DNA from: Tubiluchus corallicola
Taxonomy: Eukaryota; Animalia; Priapulida
Reading direction: 5' to 3'
Length of the DNA stretch: 30,924 bases
Assembly (NCBI GenBank): GCA_030141605.1
Contig: JAQGDQ010001105.1
Coordinates: 31,440 to 62,363, forward strand
Under the pieces are notes generated by a model. It was not told the origin of the DNA and ran no database searches. It saw only the letters and a program-made list of their open reading frames with translations. The translations under genes were made by a program, and so were the position numbers. This document shows, piece by piece, positions 1 through 12,249 of this stretch. Every line of letters begins with the position of its first letter. The stretch's first letter is position 1.

Positions 1-47
<47 letters not shown>

Positions 48-58
48 ATCAATCAATC
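1..58. repeat. (CAT)n microsatellite followed by a short (CAAT)n
   Basis: Direct reading; the array runs off the window start. Confidence 0.97.
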
Positions 59-238
59 GACATAAAAACTAAAAGAACGTGGGAGATACATGGTGGCGCC
101 ATCTCATCGTCACCCACAGAACTAAACAAACAATAAGCGAAAAAATAACGTTTAGTTATTCCACGGGAAGTGATAGTATGCATCTTATAGGTGATAGGAA
201 ATCATATTATAAAATACGGTCCAGCCCTGGATTGACCA

Positions 239-440
239 TTAAAGGAAGACAGGATGATTTTTCATATGCTACCCCATTTTAAAATCCGATAAAAAGTATA
301 CACTTTTAACACAATTAATACTGCAAAAATACTACTTAATTAACGGAGGGCGTGCAGTTCGTCATAAACGAGCACATCTGAACTGAGAGGTACAGCACCT
401 GTTTTTCTGAGCAACGCGTTTTCGAATTGCAGGCGCTAGT
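239..440 (+). mobile_element. Left arm of TTAA-flanked non-autonomous DNA transposon (family K1, Kolobok-like)
   Basis: TTAA (239-242) then AGGAAGACAGGATGATTTTTCATAT; homologous to 12774-12912 (direct) and to 9389-9558 and 4657-4706 (inverted); 352-417 is an imperfect inverted copy of 2954-3018. TTAA target plus RR...YY termini is the Kolobok pattern. Confidence 0.8.
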
Positions 441-1590
441 TTCCGCCAATATTTTAAAGAGTTGATCTATTATGTGACCCATTTAATTGTCAGTCTACTA
501 CACTAAGGTACTGAATTAGTCTATGCTGCCATCTACAGTCGTTGTTTTACTCTAATTATACGTTTGTCAGAGATTGGTTTTTGTTTCTAAATATTATTTC
601 CTTTTGCTTTTATAGATATTCATTAATCAGAGTAATTAGATTGTTAATTTCATGCTTTAATTCTGCTTCTAACTCTCTTATTCAAGTTTAAATAGAGAAA
701 AATTATAACATTATAACACGGCTTTCTGTAAACCAATAATATTTATTCTGCTATCAAAGAAGCCAAGTAGACTTTGATTTTGGTTTGACTAGTAGTCTGT
801 AGAGTATAGGTGACCGTTCAATTTATGGTCTGTGTGCATGAATGTGATGTACCTTCCAATAGGAACTTGCATGTCTGGTCATGTGATTAGAGCTTTATTC
901 TCTCAGGCATGCAAGTTTCAGTTGACCTAGAGACAGCATTGAGAAAGGATGCAAAATTCTTACTGTAAAATATCATATTGCTGACTTTATGACTGTTTGT
1001 TCAATTTTGTGATTGAGGTGAACATTGTCTACATTTTACAATCGAATGATTACAAATTTCTGCAATATGTGTGGCAGTTTCTGTGATTACGATAAACAAT
1101 GCAGATGGACAATGCAGATTTAACATTGTTTTTATTCTAAATTACACATACATGCTGTACCACAATCACGCTGTACCTTCAGTGCTTAGGACCACTTGAG
1201 GTCATAATCCGAACACAAACGGGACTCTTCCCGGGGGGAGGGAGGTGGGGGGGAGGTTACGAAAGCCTCCTAGGGGTCTTCCACGAACATTAATATCAAA
1301 ATATTGACTTGGCGATTAAGCGAAAAATATGACAAATTCAAACTACGCGGTGTCCCAAAAGTGACTCTACATTTTCCATTTTTCATATTTTTTAACAACA
1401 AAGCAATATGTCTACAAATGGGTGCGTTTATGACGTCCCGTATTTACAAGTCAATGTCGTAAATTTACCTAGAAAAACAATTCTTTTGCCTCTAGTTACT
1501 ACTAAGGCTACAGGTCTTCATTATTTTGGGTATATAGATGTAGCCATGTAGTCATGTAGTCATGTAGCTAAAAACTGTTTATGGCCTTCA

Positions 1591-1984
1591 ATAAGCCTTT
1601 TCACAGTTCGAGCGACTGATGATGATCGCGAAAAGGTCAAAGGTTAAGTGTACTAGACAACACATTTATGTCCACTTGACAATGTCTTGCAGCCCATGCT
1701 ATTGTAAACGTAACAGTTTTAACATCTAGCTGGAACCGTACCTAGTTCATTTTTTCTTCCAAAGCAAGATCCTGTTAGTAAATCACTCTACACAAACACA
1801 CACTAATGCATAATTAAGTAAATTCCACGTAAAACAACTGAAATCACTGAACTGATACGGGAGACAGCTTTGCTTTACGCACACGTCACGGGACGGTTGT
1901 GGTCAAGACGCGTTGCTGTGCTGCACTTAACATTTGACCTACAGCAACTGCGCATGCGCACAACGAAAGTGTGAAAAAGCTCAT
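1591..1984. mobile_element. 394-bp MITE with TIRs and 3-bp TSD (TCA)
   Basis: Ends ATAAGCCTTTTCACAGTTCG ... CGAAAGTGTGAAAAAGCTCAT (imperfect TIR); TCA at 1588-1590 and 1985-1987; subterminal inverted repeat AGGTCAAAGGTTAAGTG / CACTTAACATTTGACCT; second copy at 22066-22439. Confidence 0.85.
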
Positions 1985-2678
1985 TCACTGCTACATTTGG
2001 AAAAGAGCAATTTTTACAGATCTACGTTGCAGATTTCTTGATCCAATCGACAGAATGAGGGGGATGTCTATTTGTAAGGGAAAATAATTAAGTGGGGTAT
2101 CAACGACTTTGGCGTAACGAAGTAATTCACGGTGGTTCGCGTTTCCGCACATAGATGGCGACAAGATTGCACGTGTTAAGAATGAAATTACAACCTTTTC
2201 AAAACAGAATACTAATACCAGTTAATGTCAATATACAAAATTAATGATATCCTATTTATTTGTTATTTGTTGTGTTAAATGAGGACTTAAAGAAGCTCTC
2301 CTCGAGACTGGTGGCGCCTCACAGCGGCTCAACAGAAGACGTTTGATGGTGGATTAGTGAGGCGTCATTAAATCGCTACTACGGCGCTAATTCGGCGCGT
2401 TTTGATCCCCACAAATTAGGGCAAGAACCGATTTCTTACTTCCAAGAAATTAGCAGTTATAAACCTCTAGTAAGAAAGATGAAGCTGAAATGTAGGATCA
2501 TACGGTTCGGCCATTTTATTTTTATTTTCTTTACGAAATGTTGCTCGTAAGAAAATGGTTGAATTGTTTACAACGCAATGAGAAAAAGCCTGTATAAGAA
2601 TTTGGGTAAAACAAGTGATACGAAGTGTAGGTTACGAAGTTTGCATATTTACTGAACGAAGTTAAGCAAAGATGTGAC

Positions 2679-2732
2679 TGGTTAGTGAAAGAGTGGGTGA
2701 CTCTCACGATGCCGGGTTCAATATCTGGGCAG
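2679..2732 (+). other. Possible degenerate tRNA-derived (SINE-head-like) segment
   Basis: TGGTTAG ... CTCTCAC ... CCGGGTTCAATATCTGG loosely resembles the D-arm, anticodon loop and B-box of tRNA-Glu(CTC); a full cloverleaf cannot be built. Confidence 0.2.
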
Positions 2733-2944
2733 TATCCACTATGTTGCTTCTGGCTGTTTACCAGATCCCATTTTAACTTATAGCTCAAGACAAATTAGCC
2801 TACAAAATAATGAAAAAGAACATACTATGTTTCCAAGAATGACTTACCTGAAAGAATCGTTAGGGGGCAGAATAGTAATTTGGCGTTCATGTCACTAGCT
2901 CTTCCCTGTTACAAGCATTTCTCTATTCGCTAATTAGATGAGCA

Positions 2945-3261
2945 CTAGCGCCAGCATTGTACGGAAAACAGGTTCTGTATCTCTCAGTTCAGAGATGTTC
3001 AGTTGTGACGTAGTGCACACTTGTATAAGTAAAATTGAAATGTGAAATGTAAACTTAAATTTGCTGAGTTTTGGTATGTCACACGGAATGTTGTGCAGTA
3101 GTTCTGTAATTTTCACTTTCACAGACACATGCAACACGCTCGTGAATATTTTTGCTGTTGAAAATTACGTTAGTTTGTGATGTCATGAATAGTTGGGCTC
3201 GCCCGCCGTTAATTAAGATTTTAATATACTACTTAATTATCAGAAACGCTATTGCAGTACT
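2945..3261 (-). mobile_element. Inner part of a K1 right arm (interrupted at about 3261 by a LINE insertion)
   Basis: 3116-3260 is the reverse complement of about 12850-12998 and collinear with 9389-9480; 2954-3018 is the inverted match to 352-417. Confidence 0.8.
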
Positions 3262-3880
3262 AAATACCTTCAAATGTATACTATAGTTTCAAAAAGTACT
3301 TGAAAAGGACCATTTTTGATTCATACTTATAATACAATTTTAATGGTTCCATGTCTCATGCAGTCGCAATATATGGCCTCCAATCAATTATAATGCTATT
3401 TTAATATACCTCTATGTAAATTAAACATACACTGTGGTAGTTTCTTCTCCTCTTTTCCTTCTTCCTATCCCTAATCTTACTATTTTTTCCATTCCATCAT
3501 GTCTACTAACCCTAACCATTCTTTCATTCACTCATTCTCCCCTCCCTTCCTTCTTCCTATCTCTAATCTTACTATTTTTTCCATTCCATCATGTCTACTA
3601 ACCCTAACCATTCTTTCATTCACTCATTTTCCCCTCCCTTCCTTCTTCCTATCTCTAATCTTACTATTTTTTCCATTCCATCATGTCTACTAACCCTAAC
3701 CATTCTTTCATTCACTCATTTCTGCCACCTTAACAAGCCAAGCTTTCAAGGTGTCATACAGCAACTCTTTTATTTGGTTAATTTGACTTCATCAACGTTT
3801 TTTTTACCTATACTGTTTCTTTTTGTTTCAATAATATTGTATGTTGATGTATTGTATATGTATTGCTGGAGTGAAATAAA
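3262..3880 (+). mobile_element. 5'-truncated CR1/L2-group LINE 3' end
   Basis: 3264-3332 encodes IPSNVYYSFKKYLKRTIFDSYL*, resembling the ORF2 C-terminus at 17711 (RFKIMLKNQILSKYQ*); 3'UTR hairpin at 3723-3756 with ACAAGCC..GCTT loop; ends GAAATAAA then (TTGA)n. Confidence 0.7.
3455..3721. repeat. 92-bp pyrimidine-rich tandem repeat, about 3 copies, inside the LINE 3'UTR
   Basis: CATCATGTCTACTAACCCTAACC recurs at a 92-bp period (identical ORF starts at 3499 and 3591). Confidence 0.95.
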
Positions 3881-4656
<776 letters not shown>

Positions 4657-4706
4657 TACTTTGAAAATGGGGTAGGAAATGAAAAAATCGTCCTGTATTT
4701 CTTTAA
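4657..4706 (-). mobile_element. Terminal part of the K1 right arm, ending in TTAA
   Basis: TTGAAAATGGGGTAGGAAATGAAAAAATCGTCCTGTATTTCT|TTAA is a diverged reverse complement of 239-286. Confidence 0.75.
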
Positions 4707-5201
4707 ATTTTTATTCTAGAAAAATGAGAAGAAATTTCTCACTGCCATTCAGTGCCGGATCTCCGTTTGCGATGCGCGGAGCGGTACAGAACTATTTTTC
4801 TCGAATTCCACCTATGTTTGACATGTTTTGGGTTTGCACTTACTGCTGTGCCAGAACATTTTAGTTCCTGTGAACTAGATGTAATATACAAATCCTTTTG
4901 ACACAGAAACAGTGAGAAATTGCATGTACTAGTGTAAATGATTTATAGGTATCATAAAAAAGAGATATTTTAGATAAGAAAGGAGAGATTTTGTTTGTTC
5001 TGTGTGTCATACTCAAATAGATTAAGTAGCGTATCTAGTGAACTTTGGGTACACGGTATGGAATGTACCAATAAGACAAATATGGGCAAATAGAGTTTTG
5101 CAAATTCTTCAAGTTCGTACAGCGTTCATGAGCGTCCATGACACTAATACGTAACAAAATTTTTGAACGAAAAGGTTTGTTTACTGCTACAAAAATCAAA
5201 G

Positions 5202-6473
5202 ATGGCGACAGCGCGAAGTTCAGCAGAAAGGTTAGATTTGATGGAAAACTGGAGCAAAAGATTCACATACGTGTACGGCAACGGTGCCTACGAGGATATG
5301 TGTGATGTCACATTTTCGGCGGGAAAAACTCTCTTGAAATGTAACCGCTACGTGCTTAGCCTAAGGAGTGACGTGTTCAAGAAGATGTTCTATGGATCAT
5401 TACGTCACAAACTTGATGACGTCATAGAAGTGCGTGACGTAGAAGGTGAAATTCTTGAATTACTGTTGAGATATATTTATACTGATTACGCAACAATTAC
5501 AAGAGAAAATGTTCTATCTGTGCTACACGTTGCCAGAAGATACGGAATTTTAGCACTTGAGAATTTGGCAGTAGTTTTTCTAGAATCAAACATCACCCCT
5601 AGAAATGTCTGTACAGTTTTAAACGCAGCATCCCTTTTCGAGAAGAATACGTTAGAACTGAGATGCTTGGAAATCATAGACATGGCAACAGAAGTGGTGG
5701 TAAGCTCCGATAGTTTCAATACTTTAACTCACGATAACTTGCTTGCCGTGACGAGACGAGATGAGCTGAGCATCGAAGAAGGACAACTGTTCACTTCGGT
5801 TCTGAGATGGGCCGACGCAGAATGCATGCGCAGAAACCTGCAACCAAGCATCGACAACAAAAGAACAGTCTTGGGTGACGTCATCTACCAGATGAGATTT
5901 CCTACAATGGATCCAGATGCGTTTGCCGAGGGACCGGCTGCAACTGGAATGTTAAACGAAAAAGAAATATCCAACGTCCTGTTGTATCATCACAACAGGA
6001 ACATGGTTAGGTCTGCCTTCCCGAAAGAAAGCAGGCAACATAGTGGAACAATTTCTGTCCTGTTCAACATTCCTGTCAGTAAAATAAACGAACTTCAACA
6101 AGGTGGACGTCTCCGCCTTTCCGAATACAGAACAAAGATCTTTGGGGCAGCTGATGATTGGATGTTTTATCTTTGGAGGTGCAACAGCAGTAGCTGTGGA
6201 TCCACGGGACCGGAAAGAGGTAGAGGATGCTGTTTAGTGATCCAGGTGTATCCATCTAGTTCCAACAAGAAATCCATGTGGACAGATTACTGCTGGAGTG
6301 AAATGATCAACAGTGATCCACAAAGATCCACCAGAAGTGCATTTCATGTACCAGATGGACTTCCTGGATGCACGGTGACACAGTTTTGTACAATAAGTCT
6401 TGAATCCTCGCTAGCAGGCTTTATCAATGATGGCAGGATTCAGATCAAGGTGTTGTTGGCAGTAAGCGGTTGA
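5202..6473 (+). CDS. Single-exon BTB/POZ-BACK protein (BTBD1/2/3/6-like N-terminal two thirds) with a putative C-terminal MATH/TRAF-like domain; probable Cullin-3 substrate adaptor
   Basis: 423 aa from ATG 5202 (context CAAAGATGG). BTB motifs: CDVTF, RYVLSLRSDVFKKMFYG, DVEGEILELLLRYIYTD. BACK motifs: NVCTVLNAA, LELRCLEIID, RDELSIEEGQLFTSVLRWA, LGDVIYQMRFPTM. C-terminus ends GFINDGRIQIKVLLAV, like the last MATH strands. No stops or frameshifts. Confidence 0.93.
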   Translation: MATARSSAERLDLMENWSKRFTYVYGNGAYEDMCDVTFSAGKTLLKCNRYVLSLRSDVFKKMFYGSLRHKLDDVIEVRDVEGEILELLLRYIYTDYATITRENVLSVLHVARRYGILALENLAVVFLESNITPRNVCTVLNAASLFEKNTLELRCLEIIDMATEVVVSSDSFNTLTHDNLLAVTRRDELSIEEGQLFTSVLRWADAECMRRNLQPSIDNKRTVLGDVIYQMRFPTMDPDAFAEGPAATGMLNEKEISNVLLYHHNRNMVRSAFPKESRQHSGTISVLFNIPVSKINELQQGGRLRLSEYRTKIFGAADDWMFYLWRCNSSSCGSTGPERGRGCCLVIQVYPSSSNKKSMWTDYCWSEMINSDPQRSTRSAFHVPDGLPGCTVTQFCTISLESSLAGFINDGRIQIKVLLAVSG

Positions 6474-6561
6474 AAAGAGGACTGATTGCAAAATTTTAAG
6501 GTCTCAGATGCAAGTTATAACTGTCACAATTAGCTGCTGGTCTAGTTGACCTGCTAATACT

Positions 6562-7617
6562 TTAAAGGAAAGAACAAGTCACGCAGTATGTTGGGTTTAT
6601 TTTACTGCTCACTTAAACTGTTTGTGGTGTGCTAAAGGAAAGAACAAGTCACTCAGTATGTTGGGTTTATTTTACTGCTCACTTAAACTGTTTGTGGTGT
6701 GCTAAAGAAAAGAACAAGTCACGCAGTATGTTGGGTTTATTTTACTGTTATCACTTAAACCGTCTGTGGTGTGCTAAAGGAAAGAACAAGTCACTCAGTA
6801 CGTTGGGTTTATTTTACTGCTCACTTAAACTGTTTGTGGTGTGCTAAAGGAAAGAACAAGTCACTCAGTATGTTGGGTTTATTTTACTGCTCACTTAAAC
6901 TGTTTGTGGTGTGCTAAAGAAAAGAACAAGTCACGCAGTATGTTGGGTTTATTTTACTGTTATCACTTAAACCGTCTGTGGTGTGCTAAAGGAAAGAACA
7001 AGTCACTCAGTATGTTGGGTTTATTTTACTGTATCACTTAAACTGTTTGTGGTGTGCTAAAGGAAAGAACAAGTCACTCAGTATGTTGGGTTTATTTTAC
7101 TGCTCACTTAAACTGTTTGTGGTGTGCTAAAGGAAAGAACAAGTCACGCAGTATGTTGGGTTTATTTTACTGCTCACTTAAACTGTTTGTGCTGTGCTAA
7201 AGGAAAGAACAAGTCACTCAGTATGTTGGGTTTATTTTCTGCTCACTTAAACTGTTTGTGGTGTGCTAAAGGAAAGAACAAGTCACTCAGTATGTTGGGT
7301 TTATTTTACTGTTATCACTTAAACTGTTTGTGGTGTGCTAAAGGAAAGAACAAGTCACTCAGCATGTTGGGTTTATTTTACTGTTATCACTTAAACTGTT
7401 TGTGGTGTGCTAAAGGAAAGAACAAGTCACCCTGTATGTTGAGCTCGTTTTATTGTTATCACTTAAACTCAGAAAGATACAACGAAGTAATTTGCAAAGA
7501 ACTGCCCATAAACCATAAATTAAAAATATACTACCTTTGAATAGAAACTTTCAGGCGTAGTGATTGTCGTCAATCATGAAAATCATGTCTTACTAGGAGA
7601 CTTGTGACTTTCCTTAA
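6562..7617 (+). mobile_element. Putative TTAA-flanked non-autonomous element (family K2) containing the 70-bp minisatellite
   Basis: Left TTAA|AGGAAAGAACAAGTC (6562-6580); right GACTTGTGACTTTCC|TTAA (7599-7617), an imperfect inverted match. Confidence 0.5.
6565..7470. repeat. 70/72-bp minisatellite, about 13 copies
   Basis: Unit AAGGAAAGAACAAGTCACTCAGTATGTTGGGTTTATTTTACTGCTCACTTAAACTGTTTGTGGTGTGCTA; a 212-bp trimer is duplicated (identical ORF starts at 6629 and 6841). Confidence 0.97.
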
Positions 7618-7860
7618 ACGCGTCGTGGATTAAACTAATTAAAATTTCTGCTGCTTAGCTATTGTTCACGAAAGATATTACAAAATTAGCTATCTAATTT
7701 TTTTGTAAAAACATTATACCTTTGGTAAAGATTGAGAGTGCGCTACTTTTCTGCAAGACGAATAATGTCATTGGAAGAATGGGCATTATAAATAAAAGCG
7801 CCCAAGCATGAAGTGATCGCGACTTTAAAGTGATTCTACTAATTACACGAGACGCTTATT

Positions 7861-7945
7861 GCAGTTTTATTACTAAATCCTTCTAACATCTTTCGCGAAC
7901 ATTGAAATAAGCTTAACCTCCTAGCAGGATTGGCCTTTTCATTAA
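7861..7945 (-). mobile_element. Transposon terminus fragment (K2-related), ending in TTAA
   Basis: Reverse complement of 11050-11128 (CTAGGAGGTTAAGCTTATTTCAAT.TTCGCGAAA.ATGTTAGAAGGATTTAGTAAT); TTAA at 7942-7945. Confidence 0.7.
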
Positions 7946-8374
7946 GATTTCTGGTGTAAGCTATAGCTGTAACAATTGGTCGTTAACATAGCTGACCTAT
8001 TGATACCTTAACTAACCAAAGTCCTACTAGGGGCGTAATCTAAGCAACATAATGAAGATTCTTACATTTTGCCATTTTGTAAACGCAAACCGGATGTCAA
8101 GCACGTTTGCGTAAGCGAAGATTGCTATAAGACGCAGATGTAATGTCATGAAAATGAGCTTGACGTGTCACACTGACGTCAGAAACGAACATTGTAGTTC
8201 GTTGTCACAGTACCGCGCCTATTTGTTGGCCACGCAAAGGTAAAAAAGGCACCACCGCCAGTCTTAGTTTAACAAAATCTAACCATCCAAGATAATTATT
8301 ATTTAACCTAAGCTTTGATTTAAAAAAAGCTATTGTAGTTTTCAACATTTTGGAGCATACTTTATTTTGAACTA

Positions 8375-8510
8375 ATATCTACACAATAGTCCGGCTTTCC
8401 TAATAACTTTACGACGCAATACAATTATACTGTTTATATGCACGATATAAACAAAGGTGTAATGCAAGGATTCATCCTAGGACCAATGCCTTTTCTTAGT
8501 TATGTTAGTG
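8375..8510 (+). pseudogene. Highly degenerate LINE reverse-transcriptase fragment
   Basis: INKGVMQGFILGPMPFLSYV resembles the RT motif ISCGVPQGSILGPLLFLVYI seen in the 16638-17711 element. Confidence 0.6.
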
Positions 8511-8892
8511 TAAGTTGTATTTACTGGCAACCCAGTCAACCTGTCGATAGCATAGGAATTTTCTCTGCTGTTGCTGACAGATGGTTAAAAGGAATTAATG
8601 ATTTTTGTTACGAGGTCTTTGGGCTAACACTTCTACCGAATCTCTTATTGACGAATCGTTCTGCTTAAAGGTCTTGTCATGAATGATCTTTGATATACAT
8701 TTGTAAAATGTTAATGATTTTGGTGAATGCTGCCAGTAAGTATAGAGAGCACTATATAAGATCTTCATTAGATAAAACACCGTGTAACTGATGTATTATG
8801 AATTAGTACTGGATTCTGTGATACATTTTACTACTTTTAAAAGAGTTTACAATTCCCCACACAATTTAAATATCCGAATGCTAACTCTATCT

Positions 8893-8945
8893 CTAACGTT
8901 AACCCTAACCCTAACTCCAACCCTAATCCTAATCCTAATTCTAAT
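8893..8945. repeat. Degenerate (CCCTAA)n telomere-like tract
   Basis: TAACCCTAACCCTAACTCCAACCCTAATCCTAATCCTAATTCTAAT. Confidence 0.8.
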
Positions 8946-8961
8946 TTGTTTAACGATGTAA

Positions 8962-9388
8962 TTGACATAGAAACCAGTGTTGATACGTAGATCAGTGTTG
9001 ACATAGAAACCAGTGTTGACATAGAAACCAGTGTTGATACGTAAATCAGTGTTGATACGTAAATCAGTGTCGACATAGAAACCAGTGTTGATACGTAAAT
9101 CAGTGTTGACATAGAAACCAGTGTTGATACGTAAATCAGTGTCGACATAGAAACCAGTGTTGATACGTAAATCAGTGTTGACATAGAAACCAGTGTTGAT
9201 ACGTAAATCAGTGTTGACATAGAAACCAGTGTTGACATGTAAATCAGAGTTGACATAGAAACCAGTGTTGATACGTAAATCAGTGTCGACATAGAAACCA
9301 GTGTTGACATGTAAATCAGTGTTGACATAGAAACCAGTGTTGATACGTAAATCAGTGTTGACATAGAAACCAGTGTTGACATGTAAAT
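8962..9388. repeat. 18-bp two-variant (36-bp dimer) minisatellite, about 23 monomers
   Basis: Mostly alternating GTTGACATAGAAACCAGT and GTTGATACGTAAATCAGT. Confidence 0.97.
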
Positions 9389-9558
9389 GTTAGTTTGTGA
9401 TGTCATCACTAGTTGGGTTCGCCCGCAATTAATTAAGATCTTAATCTATTATTTAATTATCAGAAACGCTCTTGCAGCATTAATTGTGCTAAAGTATAAA
9501 CTTTTTATCGGAATTGAAAATGGAGCTGTATATGAAAAATCATCCTGTCTTCCTTTAA
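9389..9558 (-). mobile_element. K1 right arm with intact terminus and TTAA
   Basis: 9530-9554 ATATGAAAAATCATCCTGTCTTCCT is the exact reverse complement of 243-267; TTAA at 9555-9558. Confidence 0.85.
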
Positions 9559-10304
9559 CATTGTGAATATTTTTACCTTTCTAACAGATTTATAATTACT
9601 ATATTTGCCTGTATTTTAATATTAATATGTAATTTTCAATACTTTGCTATAATATTACATGCTTAGGTTCAGCATTTGAACCGTTTATGCTTTAGCATTA
9701 CGAGTTATGTAGAGGGCAGCACCTACCAAACAATCAACGAGGTTTCGAAAATAAATAATGAAGATTGAAATGGATACAAAACACCAGTTTAACGTGTTGA
9801 ACAAAAGTTTCTTTATTCTGAAATACAATTATTAACATTTAGTTTAATTTGCATTGAATAGAAGAAAATTAGTTGCATGATTAAATGTATTGCTATAACT
9901 AAGAACTGATATAAAAATTATGTAGACTATATTGAAATTAATTAATAATAACGTACGTTGTTAGGGCCTTTAACAGTTACAAAGACAGGAATGAGAACTC
10001 CAAGTTGCCTTAAGAACAACAATGTCGTCACAACAATAAATTCGTAAGAAATTTACAGTCATAATGCTCATCACAGTCAGAAAAATAGAGCAATGGCGGA
10101 GAGAACCAAAAGACGGGTAAAATGTCATACAACTACTACATCTATAGCTCACGAAAGGTCAAAATGCTAATGTATTGAAGGATATTATGTGCTTCAATTT
10201 TAAAAGAGTGACTACTGTAAAAAGCTAAATGTCTACTAAATAAACAAACAGGTGGCAGCACAGTGGCCGTAATTAAAAACTAAATTAAAACCAAAAAATG
10301 GCAG

Positions 10305-10625
10305 ATTGGTTTGTTTATTGGTTAGTTTTTGTTTGGTGGGTAGTTTGCTGGTTGGTTGGTTAGTTAGTTAGTTAGTCAGTCAGTCAGACAGTCAGCGAAC
10401 CAGCTAGCTAGATTTAGTTACATGGTTGGCAGGATGGTCGGGCGGTTGGTTTGCTTGTTTGTTGGTTGGTCAGTCGGTTGGTCGGTCGATCAGTCGTCCG
10501 TTAGTTAGTTAATTAGTTAGTTAGTGATTTAGTTGGTGAGTTAACTTCTGAGTTAGTATGTTAGTTAGTCAGTCAGTCATCAGTCTGTCATTCAATCAAT
10601 TAGTCATTCCGTCAGTCAGTTAGTT
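10305..10625. repeat. Degenerate tetranucleotide tract (GTTG/GTTA/GTCA)
   Basis: Direct reading. Confidence 0.85.
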
Positions 10626-11049
10626 ACCTGAAAAATACTGGTTTGATAGGATTTAACAAAAACAACATACAATTTTTTCTGTCAGTGAGAAGACTAAGAT
10701 TTCCACCATCTAAATTTGCTTCTAATTTGGCAGTTTGATCTTAATTATGAACATTATGCAATGTTTGTTTTTTACCATAATGGAATGTCCTCAGTGTTTC
10801 ATAATTATTACGAAATTACCATTCTGGAGACGTGTGCGATGTTTCCCATTCTCACAGGGTCACTCCAACCTGGGAACTATGCTCGTTTGCTCAGTTTAAT
10901 TAATGTTAACGTTCAAAGTATCATTACAAAGACATTGTTAGATCAATAAAACTTATTTGAATTAAATCACTTTGCTCTTGCTTCGTTATAACGTTATTTT
11001 AATGAAGATGCCTGAGTGACATAATTATATGAAACTAGACGCACAGGAA

Positions 11050-11140
11050 TTAAAGGAAAAGTCAAGCCTTCTAGGAGGTTAAGCTTATTTCAATATTCGC
11101 GAAAAAATGTTAGAAGGATTTAGTAATGAGCTTACAAGAT
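11050..11140 (+). mobile_element. Transposon left terminus (K2-related)
   Basis: TTAA|AGGAAAAGTCAAGCCTTCTAGGAGG...; inverted copy at 7861-7945. Confidence 0.7.
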
Positions 11141-11194
11141 AATGGACCTAGTTTTGAGGTCTATTAAACTCTGTATTACATTTTTAATGTCTAT

Positions 11195-11756
11195 TTCGCC
11201 TTTGTTCAGATACATGGCACGGCAATTCATTGCAAATGTTGGTCCAAGGCTTTGGAATGACATAAATGATGAATTAAAAACTGTTCAGCCAATTCAGAAA
11301 TTAAAAAGAAATACAGAGCAATGATTCTCAACAAGTACAACACTTCCTAATTTCCCACACCTACTGCAGCAGTCGTACCACAATCCTGGTACAGATTATG
11401 CAAAACAAGGCATCATTGATAAATCTTTAGAGCTGATGTCAACATAGCACAATCTACTATCTTTCTTCCTACAATTTCCACTAACACATCCTTCTACCCT
11501 TCCTGTGTGATCTAACCTTTCTCCCAGTTCTTCTTTTTGTTCACTCATCCATTCTTTTTTTACCAGGTTCACATGACAGTGGGCTTATACAAGCCTTTGC
11601 TTCTCTAGCCCACTGCAGTACAATGATCCTTTTATGATAACCATAGTGTAGGAAACATAACAATTTAATACAGTATGATGTAATAATTTTGATGTCACTG
11701 TGTGCTTAATGTCATTATATTGTACTGAATGTGATAATAATCAAACTAATTTAATT
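11195..11756 (+). mobile_element. 5'-truncated CR1/L2-group LINE 3' end
   Basis: ARQFIANVGPRLWNDINDELKTVQPIQK then, after a frameshift, KKKYRAMILNKYNTS*, aligning with AKHFIIYQGPKVWNEICQ...FKIMLKNQILSKYQ*; 3'UTR hairpin at 11577-11615; followed by (TTA)n. Confidence 0.8.

Positions 11757-12249
<493 letters not shown>

Noticed and set aside
1233-1256. G-rich potential quadruplex
   Set aside because: Single short tract with no functional context.
1344-1362. Tc1/mariner-like start TACGCGGTGTCCCAAAAGT (weaker look-alikes at 12371 and near 26998)
   Set aside because: No matching inverted end found.
5163-5201. TTG start given in the ORF track for the BTB gene
   Set aside because: Eukaryotic locus; the first in-frame ATG at 5202 has a good Kozak context. 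An upstream exon cannot be excluded.
8893-8945. True telomere or chromosome fusion scar
   Set aside because: Short, degenerate and in a single orientation.
8837-9409. 190-aa (STLVSM/STLIYV)n ORF
   Set aside because: Translation of the 18-bp array and the TTAGGG-like tract.
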